Shown here piece by piece: positions 25,788 to 35,653 of a DNA stretch of 39,229 nt. A model generated the notes under the pieces. It worked only from the letters and a program-made list of their open reading frames with translations. It was not told the origin of the DNA and did not search any database. The stretch comes from Chromatiaceae bacterium (GTDB taxonomy: Bacteria > Pseudomonadota > Gammaproteobacteria > Chromatiales > Chromatiaceae). Within the stretch, counting starts at the first letter, position 1. The number at the start of each line of letters is the position of its first letter. The DNA is taken from the NCBI GenBank assembly GCA_037385305.1, contig JARRNE010000023.1, positions 1 to 39,229 of the forward strand, read 5' to 3'. The position numbers were made by a program, and so were the translations under genes.

Positions 25788-26693
25788 TCAGCCCTTGCCT
25801 TTGGTTCGCGTGGTCCCCGTCGCTGCGTTCTTCTCGACGAAGCTGATCATCATCCCGGCGATGTCCTTGCCAGTCGCCCGTTCGATGCCCTCGAGTCCCG
25901 GGGAGGAGTTGACCTCCATGACCACGGGGCCGTGATTTGACCGCAGGATGTCGACGCCGGCGACGTTGAGGCCGATGATCCTGGCCGCCCGCACGGCGGT
26001 CGAGCGTTCCTCCGGCGTGATGCGTACGAGGGAAGGCATACCACCCCGATGCAGGTTGGAGCGGAACTCTCCATCCTTGGCTTGGCGCTTCATGGCCGCC
26101 ACCACCTTGTCCCCGATGACGAAACAGCGGATGTCGGAGCCACCCGCCTCCTGAATGTACTCCTGGGCCAGGATGTTGGCCCGCAGGCCCATGAAGGCCT
26201 CGATGACGCTCTCCGCTGCCTTGTGGGTCTCTGCGAGCACGACGCCGATACCCTGGGTGCCCTCCAGGAGCTTAATGACAAGGGGCGCTCCCCCCACCAT
26301 CTTGATGAGATCCTCCACGTCGTCCGGGGCGTGGGCGAATCCCGTGACCGGGAGCCCGATGCCCTTGCGGGAGAGCAGCTGGAGGGAGCGGAGCTTGTCG
26401 CGCGCGCGGGTGATGGCGACGGATTCGTTCAGGGGGTAAACCCCCATCATCTCGAATTGGCGTAGGACGGCCGTGCCGTAGAAGGTGACCGAGGCGCCGA
26501 TACGTGGGATCACCGCGTCGAAGCCAGCCAGGTCCTCCCCTTTGTAATGGATCGACGGCTTATGCGAGGTGATGTTCATGTAGCAGCGCAGCACATCGAT
26601 GACCCGCGCTTCGTGCCCGCGCTCCCGCGCGGCCGCCACCAGCCGTCGGGTCGAGTAGAGAGTCGAATCGCGGGATAGGATGGCAATCTTCAT
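25788..26693 (-). CDS. rimK: Ribosomal protein S6 L-glutamate ligase (ATP-grasp)
   Basis: 301-aa ORF, GGAG before the [22 protein letters not shown]...[29 protein letters not shown]...[15 protein letters not shown]...RSNLHRGG. This closely matches the RimK pattern. Confidence 0.92.
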   Translation of the reverse strand: MKIAILSRDSTLYSTRRLVAAARERGHEARVIDVLRCYMNITSHKPSIHYKGEDLAGFDAVIPRIGASVTFYGTAVLRQFEMMGVYPLNESVAITRARDKLRSLQLLSRKGIGLPVTGFAHAPDDVEDLIKMVGGAPLVIKLLEGTQGIGVVLAETHKAAESVIEAFMGLRANILAQEYIQEAGGSDIRCFVIGDKVVAAMKRQAKDGEFRSNLHRGGMPSLVRITPEERSTAVRAARIIGLNVAGVDILRSNHGPVVMEVNSSPGLEGIERATGKDIAGMMISFVEKNAATGTTRTKGKG

Positions 26694-26746
26694 GGGCTCC
26701 CTCTAGCACTGTTGTCCTTACGGCCTGACAGGACGGCCGCTGCGGC

Positions 26747-27331
26747 TCAACCGGGACGGCGCGCCAGCCCGCACAGCTGTTGCCCGTGCCGGGGCAGCTC
26801 CGAGGCGGCTGTCGCCTGCCACTCAGGGGACTGAATGATCTCGAGCAGCGCGCGGTCGACCTGCTCCCGCAGCGGACTGCCGCTGGGGAAGGCAAAGCCG
26901 TAGTCTTGCCGCTGCAGGATCTGCGGGAGTACGGACAAACTCGCCGGGTAATGCTCGGCCACCAGATAGCGCAGGATGGGTGCGTCGTAGACAACGGCGT
27001 CCGTCTGCCCCTCGTCCAGCGCCGCGAGGGCCCCTGAAAGAGTGGCAAAGCCCCGGTAAGGGATCAGATGTCGGCTCAAGAACGCCTCGCTGGTGCTGCT
27101 GGGGAGGGTGGCAACACGGGTCCACAGCTCTATCGCAATGCCTTCCCACCCCTTGTCGGTGTGGATCGCGAAGGGCGGCACCTCGCGGGTCGCCACCACC
27201 AATTCCGCCCGGTGCTGCGCCCACGCCGACGAGGCTTCAAGCAGCATCGCGAAAAGGAACACAAGAGCGAAGCCAAGGCCCCCGCAAGGGGCCAGGATAA
27301 CTTTGAAATTCTGCGCCGCTTCAGTCCGCAT
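26747..27331 (-). CDS. Short periplasmic solute-binding-protein family 3-like protein (appears to lack the middle of the fold)
   Basis: 194-aa ORF with an N-terminal hydrophobic segment. LVVATREVPPFAIHTDKGWEGIAIELWTRVA jumps straight to ...SSTSEAFL...ALAALDEGQTDAVVYDAPILRYLV...DYGFAFPSGSPLREQVDRALLEI. Confidence 0.55.
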   Translation of the reverse strand: MRTEAAQNFKVILAPCGGLGFALVFLFAMLLEASSAWAQHRAELVVATREVPPFAIHTDKGWEGIAIELWTRVATLPSSTSEAFLSRHLIPYRGFATLSGALAALDEGQTDAVVYDAPILRYLVAEHYPASLSVLPQILQRQDYGFAFPSGSPLREQVDRALLEIIQSPEWQATAASELPRHGQQLCGLARRPG

Positions 27332-27334
27332 GGG

Positions 27335-27811
27335 TCAGGCCGATTGCTTCCTCGCCGAGTCGCTGCGCAGGCTGGCGAGGAGCAGCAGGGCCACGCCGAT
27401 CGTGATCGCGCTGTCGGCCACGTTGAAGGCAGGCCAGTGCCAGCGGCCGTAGTAGACATCCAGGAAGTCCACCACCCGGCCCGTGATCAGCCGGTCGATC
27501 AGGTTGCCGACCGCCCCACCGACGATGAGGGCGATGCCCGCCGCGGTCATCCGCTCATGGGCGTTGAGCCGCAGCAGCCAGACCACCAAAGCGACCGTCA
27601 TCAACAGGGCAAAGCCCGCAAAGGTCCAGCGTTGCCAGCCACCCGCACCCGCAAGAAAGCTGAAGGCCGCGCCCCGGTTGTACATCAGGGTAAGGTTGAA
27701 AAAGGGGACCACGGGCACGGGCCGATAGGGCGCAAGCAGCAGCTCCGCCAGCGCCTTCGCCGTCTGATCGAGGGCGACGATGAGGACGGAAAGCCAGAGC
27801 CAGCGGGCCAT
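27335..27811 (-). CDS. lspA: Lipoprotein signal peptidase (signal peptidase II)
   Basis: 158-aa ORF directly after ileS. NRGAAFSF, GGAVGNLIDR and FNVADSAI. Confidence 0.92.
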   Translation of the reverse strand: MARWLWLSVLIVALDQTAKALAELLLAPYRPVPVVPFFNLTLMYNRGAAFSFLAGAGGWQRWTFAGFALLMTVALVVWLLRLNAHERMTAAGIALIVGGAVGNLIDRLITGRVVDFLDVYYGRWHWPAFNVADSAITIGVALLLLASLRSDSARKQSA

Positions 27812-27813
27812 CG

Positions 27814-30548
27814 TCAGGCAAAGCGCCGCGTCTCACCGGTGCCCATCACATTCTCGACGCAACGCCCGCAGAGCTCGGGGTGGTCCGGATCCGCACCCAC
27901 GTCCTCCCGGTGGTGCCAGCAGCGCACGCACTTGGCGTGCTCCGACGGCGTCACGCGCACGGCGAGGCCCTCTAGCTCAGTCGCTGCCGCATCCGCCGGC
28001 CGCTGGGAGAGGGGGTGCACCCTGGCATAGGAGGTGATGAGCACGAACCGGAGCTCATCCTCCAGGCGCGCGAGAATGTCGAATCTCTTCTCCTCACAAT
28101 AGAGATCGACCTCCGCATCCAGGGAGGAGCCGATGACCCCGGCCTTGCGCCCGGCCTCCAGGTGGGGGGCGATGGCAACGCGCACCGCCAGCACCCGTTC
28201 CCAGAATCCCCGGTCGAGCCGATCCTGGGGGTCGAGGACGAACAGGCCCTCGTACCAGGTCTCCAGGAAGACCGATTCGGAGCGCTTGCCCGGCACATGC
28301 TGCCAAATCTCGTCGGCGGTGAAGCTCAGGATGGGCGCCAGCCAGCGGCTCATGGCCTCCGCGATGTGGTACAGGGCGGTCTGGCAGGAGCGCCGGGGCA
28401 GGCCATCGGCCTGGGTCGTGTACTGGCGGTCCTTGATCACGTCGAGGTAGAAGCCGCCCATGTCCACCACGCAGAAGTTTTGGATCTTCTGGCAGATGAG
28501 GTGGAACTGGTAGTCGCGATAGGCATGGACGTTCTCCTGCTGCAGCTGCAGGGTGCGGTCCACCGCCCAGCGGTCGAGCCGTCGGCGGTGCGCTCGAGGA
28601 TCTCGTTGGAGACGCTCATCTCGCCGCGGTAGTCCGTGGCCGCTACCCAGAGGCGGATGATGTCGGCGCCGAGGGTCTTCATCACGTCCTGGGGCCGCAC
28701 CACGTTGCCCTTGGACTTGGACATCTTCTCGCCCTTGGCGTCCACCGTGAAGCCGTGGGTGAGCACCTGGCGATAGGGCGCCCGGTCGTACATGGCCACC
28801 GCGGTCAGGAGGGACGACTGGAACCAGCCGCGGTGCTGGTCGGAGCCCTCCAGATACAGATCGGCGGGGGAGCTCAGCCCCTCGCGGTGCTCGAGCACGC
28901 AGGCGTGGGTGACGCCCGAGTCGAACCACACGTCCAGGGTGTCGTGCACCTTCTCATACTGGGCGGCTTCCTCGTCGCCCAGCAGGTCCTTCGGCAGGAG
29001 CTCGAACCAGGCGTCCACACCCTTCTGCTCGACCCGCTCGGCCACCTGCTCGATGAGCCGCGCCGTGTCGGGATGCGGCTCCCCCGTCTCCTTGTGGACT
29101 AGGATCGGGATGGGCACGCCCCAGGCCCGCTGGCGGGAGATGCACCAGTCCGGGCGGTTACGCACCATGCCGTCGATGCGGGACTGTCCCCAGTCCGGCG
29201 TCCAGCGGACCTGATTGATCTCCCGAAGGGCCGCCGCCCGCAGGCCCTTGCGCTCCATGCTGATGAACCACTGAGGCGTGGCGCGGAAGATGATCGGCGA
29301 CTTGTGGCGCCAGCAGTGGGGATAGCTGTGGGTGAAACGCGACTCCCGCGCCAGTGCCCCGCGGGCCTTCAGCACGTCCACCACCCGCTCGTTGGCGGTG
29401 AACACGTGCTCGCCCGCGAACAGGGGGGTGCCGGGCAGAAAACGGCCATCGCCACCGACCGGATTGTCTACCTCCAGGCCGTACCGCAGGCCGACCACAA
29501 AGTCATCGAGGCCATGGCCCGGGGCCGTGTGGACGGCGCCGGTGCCGGCGTCCAGGGTCACATGCTCGCCCAGAATGATGGGCACCTCCCGGTCGTAGAA
29601 GGGGTGCTGGAGCAGGAGCCCCTCCAGGGCGGCACCCGCGCCGTAACAGATCACCCGGTAGCGGTCGATGCCGAGGCGGTCCATGGTCTCCTTGAGCAAC
29701 CCTTCGGCCAGGACCAGCCGTTCGCGGCGACGGTCCCCCTCGGTCTGCACAACCACATATTCCAGGGTAGGATTGAGCGCCACCGCCTGGTTGGCGGGGA
29801 GGGTCCAGGGGGTGGTGGTCCAGATGACCACCGACATGGGGCCGTCACCGTGGCCATTGGGTACCGAGTGACATCGGGCAAGCACCGCCTCCTCGTCCAG
29901 CACCGGGAAGCGCACGTCGATGGAGATCGACTCCTTGTCGGCATACTCCACCTCCGCCTCGGCAAGGGCGGAGCCGCAGTCGATGCACCAGTGCACAGGC
30001 TTGTAGCCCTGCTGCACATGGCCGTTGGCAATCACCCGGACCAGCGAGCGGATGATGTTCGCCTCGAAGCCGAAATCCATGGTGAGATAGGGCCGCTCCC
30101 AATCCCCGAGAACGCCCAGGCGCTTGAAGTCGGCGCGCTGGCCGTCCACCTGCCGGGCGGCATACTCACGGCACGCCTGGCGGAACTGGGCGGGGCTGAT
30201 CTTGGCGCCGGGCTTGCCCTTCTTCTTCTCGACCTGTAGCTCGATGGGCAGGCCGTGGCAGTCCCAGCCGGGCACGTAGGGGGCGTCATAGCCGTCCAGC
30301 GTGCGGCTCTTGACGATGATGTCCTTGAGCACCTTGTTGACCGCATGCCCGATATGGATCTCCCCGTTGGCATAGGGCGGACCGTCATGAAGGATGAAGG
30401 TCTCCCTGCCGGCCGTGGCCGCCCGTATCTTGCCGTAGAGATCGAGCACACCCCAATGTTCGAGCGTTTCCGGCTCGCGCTGAGCCAGGCTCGCCTTCAT
30501 CGGAAAGCCCGTTCTGGGGAGGTTGAGGGTATCTTTGTAGTCGGCCAC
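27814..30548 (-). pseudogene. ileS: Isoleucyl-tRNA synthetase, split across two reading frames at about 28580 with roughly 33 codons missing
   Basis: N-terminal part is ORF 28437..30548: GTG start, [23 protein letters not shown] = HIGHAV, KMSKS present, good up to ...[15 protein letters not shown]-terminal part is ORF 27814..28929, from [11 protein letters not shown]... to the zinc knuckle CVRCWHH...CGRCV. See the findings. Confidence 0.85.
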
Positions 30549-30719
30549 GGTCGGCGTCTCTCGAAAAAAAGCTTTATGTGTGATGCTAACGGGCGCGGGC
30601 GGTCAATTTGGACAGCGAATGAGTTCCATGACAATGTTGCGTGTTGGAGCCTTGGTGACGGTAATGCGCATGGAAGCGTAAGGCGCAATAGGCGTTAGCC
30701 GTATTGCGCCAAACCCAGC

Positions 30720-30736
30720 GGTGCGCACGGCGCACC
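30720..30736 (-). terminator. Perfect 7-bp hairpin 32 nt downstream of the ribF stop (possible weak terminator or attenuator)
   Basis: ggtgcgc-acg-gcgcacc. On the coding (minus) strand it is followed by GCTGGGTTTGG. A second perfect 9-bp hairpin lies at 30682-30710. Confidence 0.35.
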
Positions 30737-30767
30737 CTACAGCATTTCGCTGCCGAACACGATCGGA

Positions 30768-31697
30768 TCAGACGCCGAGGTACTCCCTGGCGGCCGCCGC
30801 GTCTCGGTCGATCTGCGCCTTTAGCGCAGCGAAGGAGTCGAACCTCTGCTCGTCCCGCAGCTTCAGCCGAAACTCCACCTCCAGCTGCCGTCCATAGATC
30901 TCATGCGCCAGATCGAACAGATGGACCTCCAGCACGTAATCCTTGCATCCCGTCACGGTGGGCCGCGTGCCCAGGTTAGCGACACCCGGCCAAGGGCGGT
31001 CGCCCACACCCTCGGCGAGTACCGCGAAGACACCCCGCAGCGGGCTCGCGCGCCGGTGCAGATTCACGTTTGCCGTGGGGTAGCCGACGGAGCGGCCCCG
31101 CTTGTCGCCATGGGCCACCCTTCCGCAGATCCTGTACGGCCGGCCGAGAAGGTGTCGGGCCAGATCCAGGTCTCCGCGTGCCAGGGCGTCGCGGATGCGC
31201 GTGCTGCTGACCCGCTCGTCGCCCACGGTGATGGTATGCAGATCCTCCACCAGAAAGCCGTGCTGCCGTCCCATCGACTCCAGCAGACCATAATCGCCCT
31301 CTCGTCCGCGACCGAACCGGAAGTCGTCCCCTACCAGCAGATAACGGGTCCCCAGCCCGTTCACCAGGAGATCGCGCACAAAGTCCGTCGCCCCCATGGC
31401 GGCGAGCTTGGGGCCGAACTCCAGCAGCATCACCCGATGGATGCCCGCGTCTTCGATGGCCGAGAGCTTCTCCCGCAGACGCGTCAACCGCGGGGGCGCG
31501 GCCTCCGGCGCGAAGAGCTCCATGGGCTGGGGCTCGAAGGTGATCACGGTGGCCGGCAGGCCAAGCTCGCGGCCCTTGTCGAGAAGCCGCTTGAACACCG
31601 CGCGATGCCCGAGGTGGACCCCGTCGAAGTTTCCGATCGTGGCCACGCAGCCCAGGTGGCACGGTCTCAGGTTGTGCAGTCCGCGGATGACCTGCAT
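30768..31697 (-). CDS. ribF: Bifunctional riboflavin kinase / FMN adenylyltransferase
   Basis: ORF 30768..31709 trimmed to the ATG at 31697 (MQVIRGLHNL...). GNFDGVHLGHRAV, GYPTAN, EVHLFD. Confidence 0.9.
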   Translation of the reverse strand: MQVIRGLHNLRPCHLGCVATIGNFDGVHLGHRAVFKRLLDKGRELGLPATVITFEPQPMELFAPEAAPPRLTRLREKLSAIEDAGIHRVMLLEFGPKLAAMGATDFVRDLLVNGLGTRYLLVGDDFRFGRGREGDYGLLESMGRQHGFLVEDLHTITVGDERVSSTRIRDALARGDLDLARHLLGRPYRICGRVAHGDKRGRSVGYPTANVNLHRRASPLRGVFAVLAEGVGDRPWPGVANLGTRPTVTGCKDYVLEVHLFDLAHEIYGRQLEVEFRLKLRDEQRFDSFAALKAQIDRDAAAAREYLGV

Positions 31698-31971
31698 AGG
31701 TGAAGACACAGGAGTCTCGAAATGCGGGATTATACTCAGGCGGGGCCGTTTGGCTTATCACCGGCTGCGCACAAGCGGCCAACCAGTCGCGCAACCGCCA
31801 GAGGACGAATAGGCGGTCCGGGGGGCGGCCGCGCAGGGAAGACATCCGGACCGGGACAGAGGGAAGCACCTTCTCGCAGCCGGTAGCGAAACCGCTATTG
31901 ACAAGAGGCCATTCCATGCACCAGCATGGCGGGCCTTTCGATCCACTGATTTCGGGTCTCAGGAGGCGCCT

Positions 31972-32235
31972 TTGGCCAATTCAGCCCAAGCCCGCAAGCG
32001 TATGCGCCAGGCGGAAGAGCGACGCCAGCAGAATGCTTCGCGCCGCAGCATGACGCGGACCTACATCAAGAAGGTGGTCAAGCTCATCGATGCGGGTGAC
32101 AGGGACGGGGCCATCGCGGCGTATAGGGAGATGGTGCCCGTGATCGACAGCGCGGCTACCCACGGCCTGATCCACAAGAACAAGGCCGCCCGGCATAAGT
32201 GTCGGCTCAATGCCCACATCAAGGCCATGGGCTGA
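31972..32235 (+). CDS. rpsT: 30S ribosomal protein S20
   Basis: TTG start at 31972 with AGGAGG at 31961-31966. [35 protein letters not shown]. Divergent from ribF, as in enterobacteria. Confidence 0.92.
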   Translation: MANSAQARKRMRQAEERRQQNASRRSMTRTYIKKVVKLIDAGDRDGAIAAYREMVPVIDSAATHGLIHKNKAARHKCRLNAHIKAMG

Positions 32236-32256
32236 CCCCACGCCGAAGCGATCCAG

Positions 32257-32281
32257 AAAACCGGCCCCGCGCCGGTTTTTT
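32257..32281 (+). terminator. Rho-independent terminator of rpsT
   Basis: aaaaccggc-cccgc-gccggtttttt. The GC stem ccggc/gccgg is extended by A/T pairs and followed by a T-run, 21 nt after the stop. Confidence 0.8.
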
Positions 32282-32299
32282 GTTTCCCGGGCGATCGTT

Positions 32300-33379
32300 A
32301 TGACGCATCTATTCCTCGCCGTCACGGCCCACGGTTACGGGCACCTGGCACAGATCGCCCCTGTGGTACATGTCCTCGCCGCACGACTGCCGGCCCTACG
32401 CGTCACCCTGCAGGCGAACATTGATTTCGCCGTCGCCCGGCCCCGTCTGCCCGGAGACTTTCGGCATATCCTCCAGGCCGCTGACGTGGGACTCCTGATG
32501 GACGGCCCCCTCTCCACGCGTTGGGAGGAGAGCCTCCCGGTCTATGAGGCATTCGAGGCCGCTTACGACCACCACTTGGAGCGACAACAACGGCTCTTCG
32601 AGGCGGACCCTCCCGACCTCGTGCTCGCGGACGTGCCCTGGCTTCCCCTGGACGCCGCCCAATCCCTGGGGATTCCGGCCGCCGCCCTCTGCTCCCTGAA
32701 CTGGTATGACATCCTGGTGGCCAGCCCGGTCGCCAACCGCCTCTCAGCAGCCCTGACCCACCGACTCGAGTCCGCCTACGCCTCGGTGGATCTCTTCATC
32801 CGCCCCGCCCCATCCATGCCCATGGAATGGCTGCCCAATGCCAAAGAGGTGGGGCCGATTGCGCAGCAGGCCGCGAAGACCAGGGGATGGATCCGCGAGC
32901 AGCTCGCCCCACCCGACGACCATCGTCTCGTCCTGATGCAGTTCGGCGGGGTGGCCGGCTTTGATCCCTTGGCGGGCGCACCGCCTGTGCCAGGGGTGCG
33001 CTGGCTGGTTACCCGGGACGAGGGCCGCGGCCGCACCGATGTGACGCGCCTGTCTCAGCTGGGCGTGTCGGTGATTGAGGCCCTCGCCGCATCCGATGCC
33101 GTCCTCACCAAGGCGGGGTACGGATCCTTTGCAGAGGCCGCATGCCACGGGGTCCCCGTCCTTTCCGTACACCGCGGGGACTGGCCCGAGGAGCCTTGGC
33201 TGCTGGCGTGGCTGCGCGAGCGGGTACCGGTCCGCGAGATCGGGCTCCCGGACTTGCTGGGCGGCCGGCTGGAGGAGCCGCTGCAGGAGCTCTTCAGGCG
33301 GGGACGCACCACGCCGGTGGAGCCCACCGGAGCCGACGAGAGCGCCGATCTCCTGCTCGGGCTTCTCGCTGGCCGGTAG
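32300..33379 (+). CDS. GT-B fold glycosyltransferase-like protein (GT1/GT28-like), function unknown
   Basis: ORF 32210..33379 trimmed to ATG 32300 (MTHLFLAVTAHGYGHLAQIAPVV...). C-terminal ...AVLTKAGYGSFAEAACHGVPVL resembles the nucleotide-sugar-binding half of the MurG/MGT-type fold. Confidence 0.55.
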   Translation: MTHLFLAVTAHGYGHLAQIAPVVHVLAARLPALRVTLQANIDFAVARPRLPGDFRHILQAADVGLLMDGPLSTRWEESLPVYEAFEAAYDHHLERQQRLFEADPPDLVLADVPWLPLDAAQSLGIPAAALCSLNWYDILVASPVANRLSAALTHRLESAYASVDLFIRPAPSMPMEWLPNAKEVGPIAQQAAKTRGWIREQLAPPDDHRLVLMQFGGVAGFDPLAGAPPVPGVRWLVTRDEGRGRTDVTRLSQLGVSVIEALAASDAVLTKAGYGSFAEAACHGVPVLSVHRGDWPEEPWLLAWLRERVPVREIGLPDLLGGRLEEPLQELFRRGRTTPVEPTGADESADLLLGLLAGR

Positions 33380-33501
33380 CCGGCGGAGCGGAAGAGGCTG
33401 AACCGCAGAGAAGCGGAGGGCGCAGAGGTCCTTCGTTCGACTACCCCCGGACAACCTGAGGCGACACGGCAGGTGCAACGAGAAGGTTTTCAGGTGGTTG
33501 A

Positions 33502-34476
<975 letters not shown>

Positions 34477-34507
34477 CGGGAAGCGATCAGGAGCAAGAGA
34501 TTACGAT

Positions 34508-34625
34508 GAAAGTCGCGCGTAGCGCGCTCCCTGTCACCCTCGCCCACTGGGAGAGGGTCGGGGTGAGGGAAACGGCCATGGCGGCAGCGACTTACATTCT
34601 CTGGGGTGGCGCTGACGCCATGGCC
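34508..34625 (+). repeat. 118-nt REP/MITE-like intergenic element, copy 2
   Basis: Gap-free alignment to 12911-13028 (about 86% identity). The terminal hairpin acggccatggcg/cgccatggccgt is a perfect 12-bp inverted repeat. Confidence 0.8.
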
Positions 34626-34626
34626 G

Positions 34627-35021
34627 TTAGGAGCGCAGCTGCCGCATGGCATGACGCGCCGAGAGATCGGCGATGAGCCCGTCCAGCCGCTCTTGCCGCG
34701 CCAGCGCCATAAAGGCATTGCGGTAGTCGGCGACAAGGCTCACCCCCGCGACGGCCACGTCGTGCGGAAGGAAGAGCGTATCCACGAGGCGGTGGACATA
34801 CTTGGGGGTCATTCTTCAGGAGCGAGCGGTCCTCCCGCAGCACCTTCATCAGACCGTCGGACACCCCCCTGCACCACCTGTCGGGCCCCCGAGAGACCCC
34901 CAGCCCCGTTCGCGGAGAGGGCAAACAGCGCGGCGAGCAAGCCCGCGATTATCCGCCTGAGCAAAGGGGGTACGCCCTTGGGCATCGGCGCCGTTGCCAT
35001 CTTTCCTGCTGCATCCAACAT
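34627..35021 (-). pseudogene. MlaC/Ttg2D-like periplasmic lipid-binding protein remnant (two frame changes, C-terminal half missing)
   Basis: Three consecutive frames read in order. Frame 1: MLDAAGKMATAPMPKGVPPLLRRIIAGLLAALFALSANG...ARQVVQGG. Frame 2: VSDGLMKVLREDRSLLKNDP. Frame 3: KYVHRLVDTLFLPHDVAVAGVSLVADYRNA...ARQERLDGLIADL. From memory this parallels E. coli MlaC ...[41 protein letters not shown]. Confidence 0.5.
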
Positions 35022-35404
35022 CACGCGGCCCCGAGGTTCGCAGGCTCGGCGCACAGGTGCTCGCGAATCCATTCCCGCAGCTGATGGACGGAGCGGGATC
35101 CGCTGAAGCGCCCCCGCTCCTGACCACCCTGAAAAAAGATCACGGTCGGAAATCCTCGCAGACGGTAGTGGCCGGCGAGCTTCATGTTATCCGCCTGATC
35201 GACCTCGACCTTGGCCAGGCGGAGTCGGCCTGCATACTCGGCAACGACCCGCTCCAGGTGCGGCGCGAGGGCATGACAGGGGGCACACCAATCCGCCCAG
35301 AAATCCACCAGGATCGGGTGGCTGTGAGACGCATCGATGACGTCCGCCTGAAAACGGGGGTGATCGACGGCGAAGACAAAGGGTTTCGGGTGTCCGGTGT
35401 GCAT
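35021..35404 (-). CDS. Thioredoxin
   Basis: ORF 35021..35455 trimmed to the ATG at 35404. ILVDFWADWCAPCHALAP active site and GFPTVIFF (cis-Pro loop). Confidence 0.85.
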   Translation of the reverse strand: MHTGHPKPFVFAVDHPRFQADVIDASHSHPILVDFWADWCAPCHALAPHLERVVAEYAGRLRLAKVEVDQADNMKLAGHYRLRGFPTVIFFQGGQERGRFSGSRSVHQLREWIREHLCAEPANLGAA

Positions 35405-35653
35405 CGCGAGAAATATCAGAGAACGCTTATCTATGTGCAATTCTACCAGGGGCACGAGACCGGCCGGAAGGAAAAGCCCGACGTGCGCCGTGCCTCACGG
35501 TATCGGCCAGTCCCGCCGCGGGGCATCGCATACTCCCCGGATTGGCTTTTGTGACGGCCTCCGCCCTATGGCGAACGCCAATCGCCTCGCCATGCATGTC
35601 TCGTCTACACTTAGTGCTCCGTAAGGGGCGCAGGCAAACCGGAAGGCAAGAGA

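Noticed and set aside
30976-31917. A 313-aa minus-strand ORF out of frame with ribF.
   Set aside because: It has the same span as ribF but in another frame with an Arg/Pro/Gly-rich translation. The ribF frame has the GNFDGVHLGH and kinase motifs.
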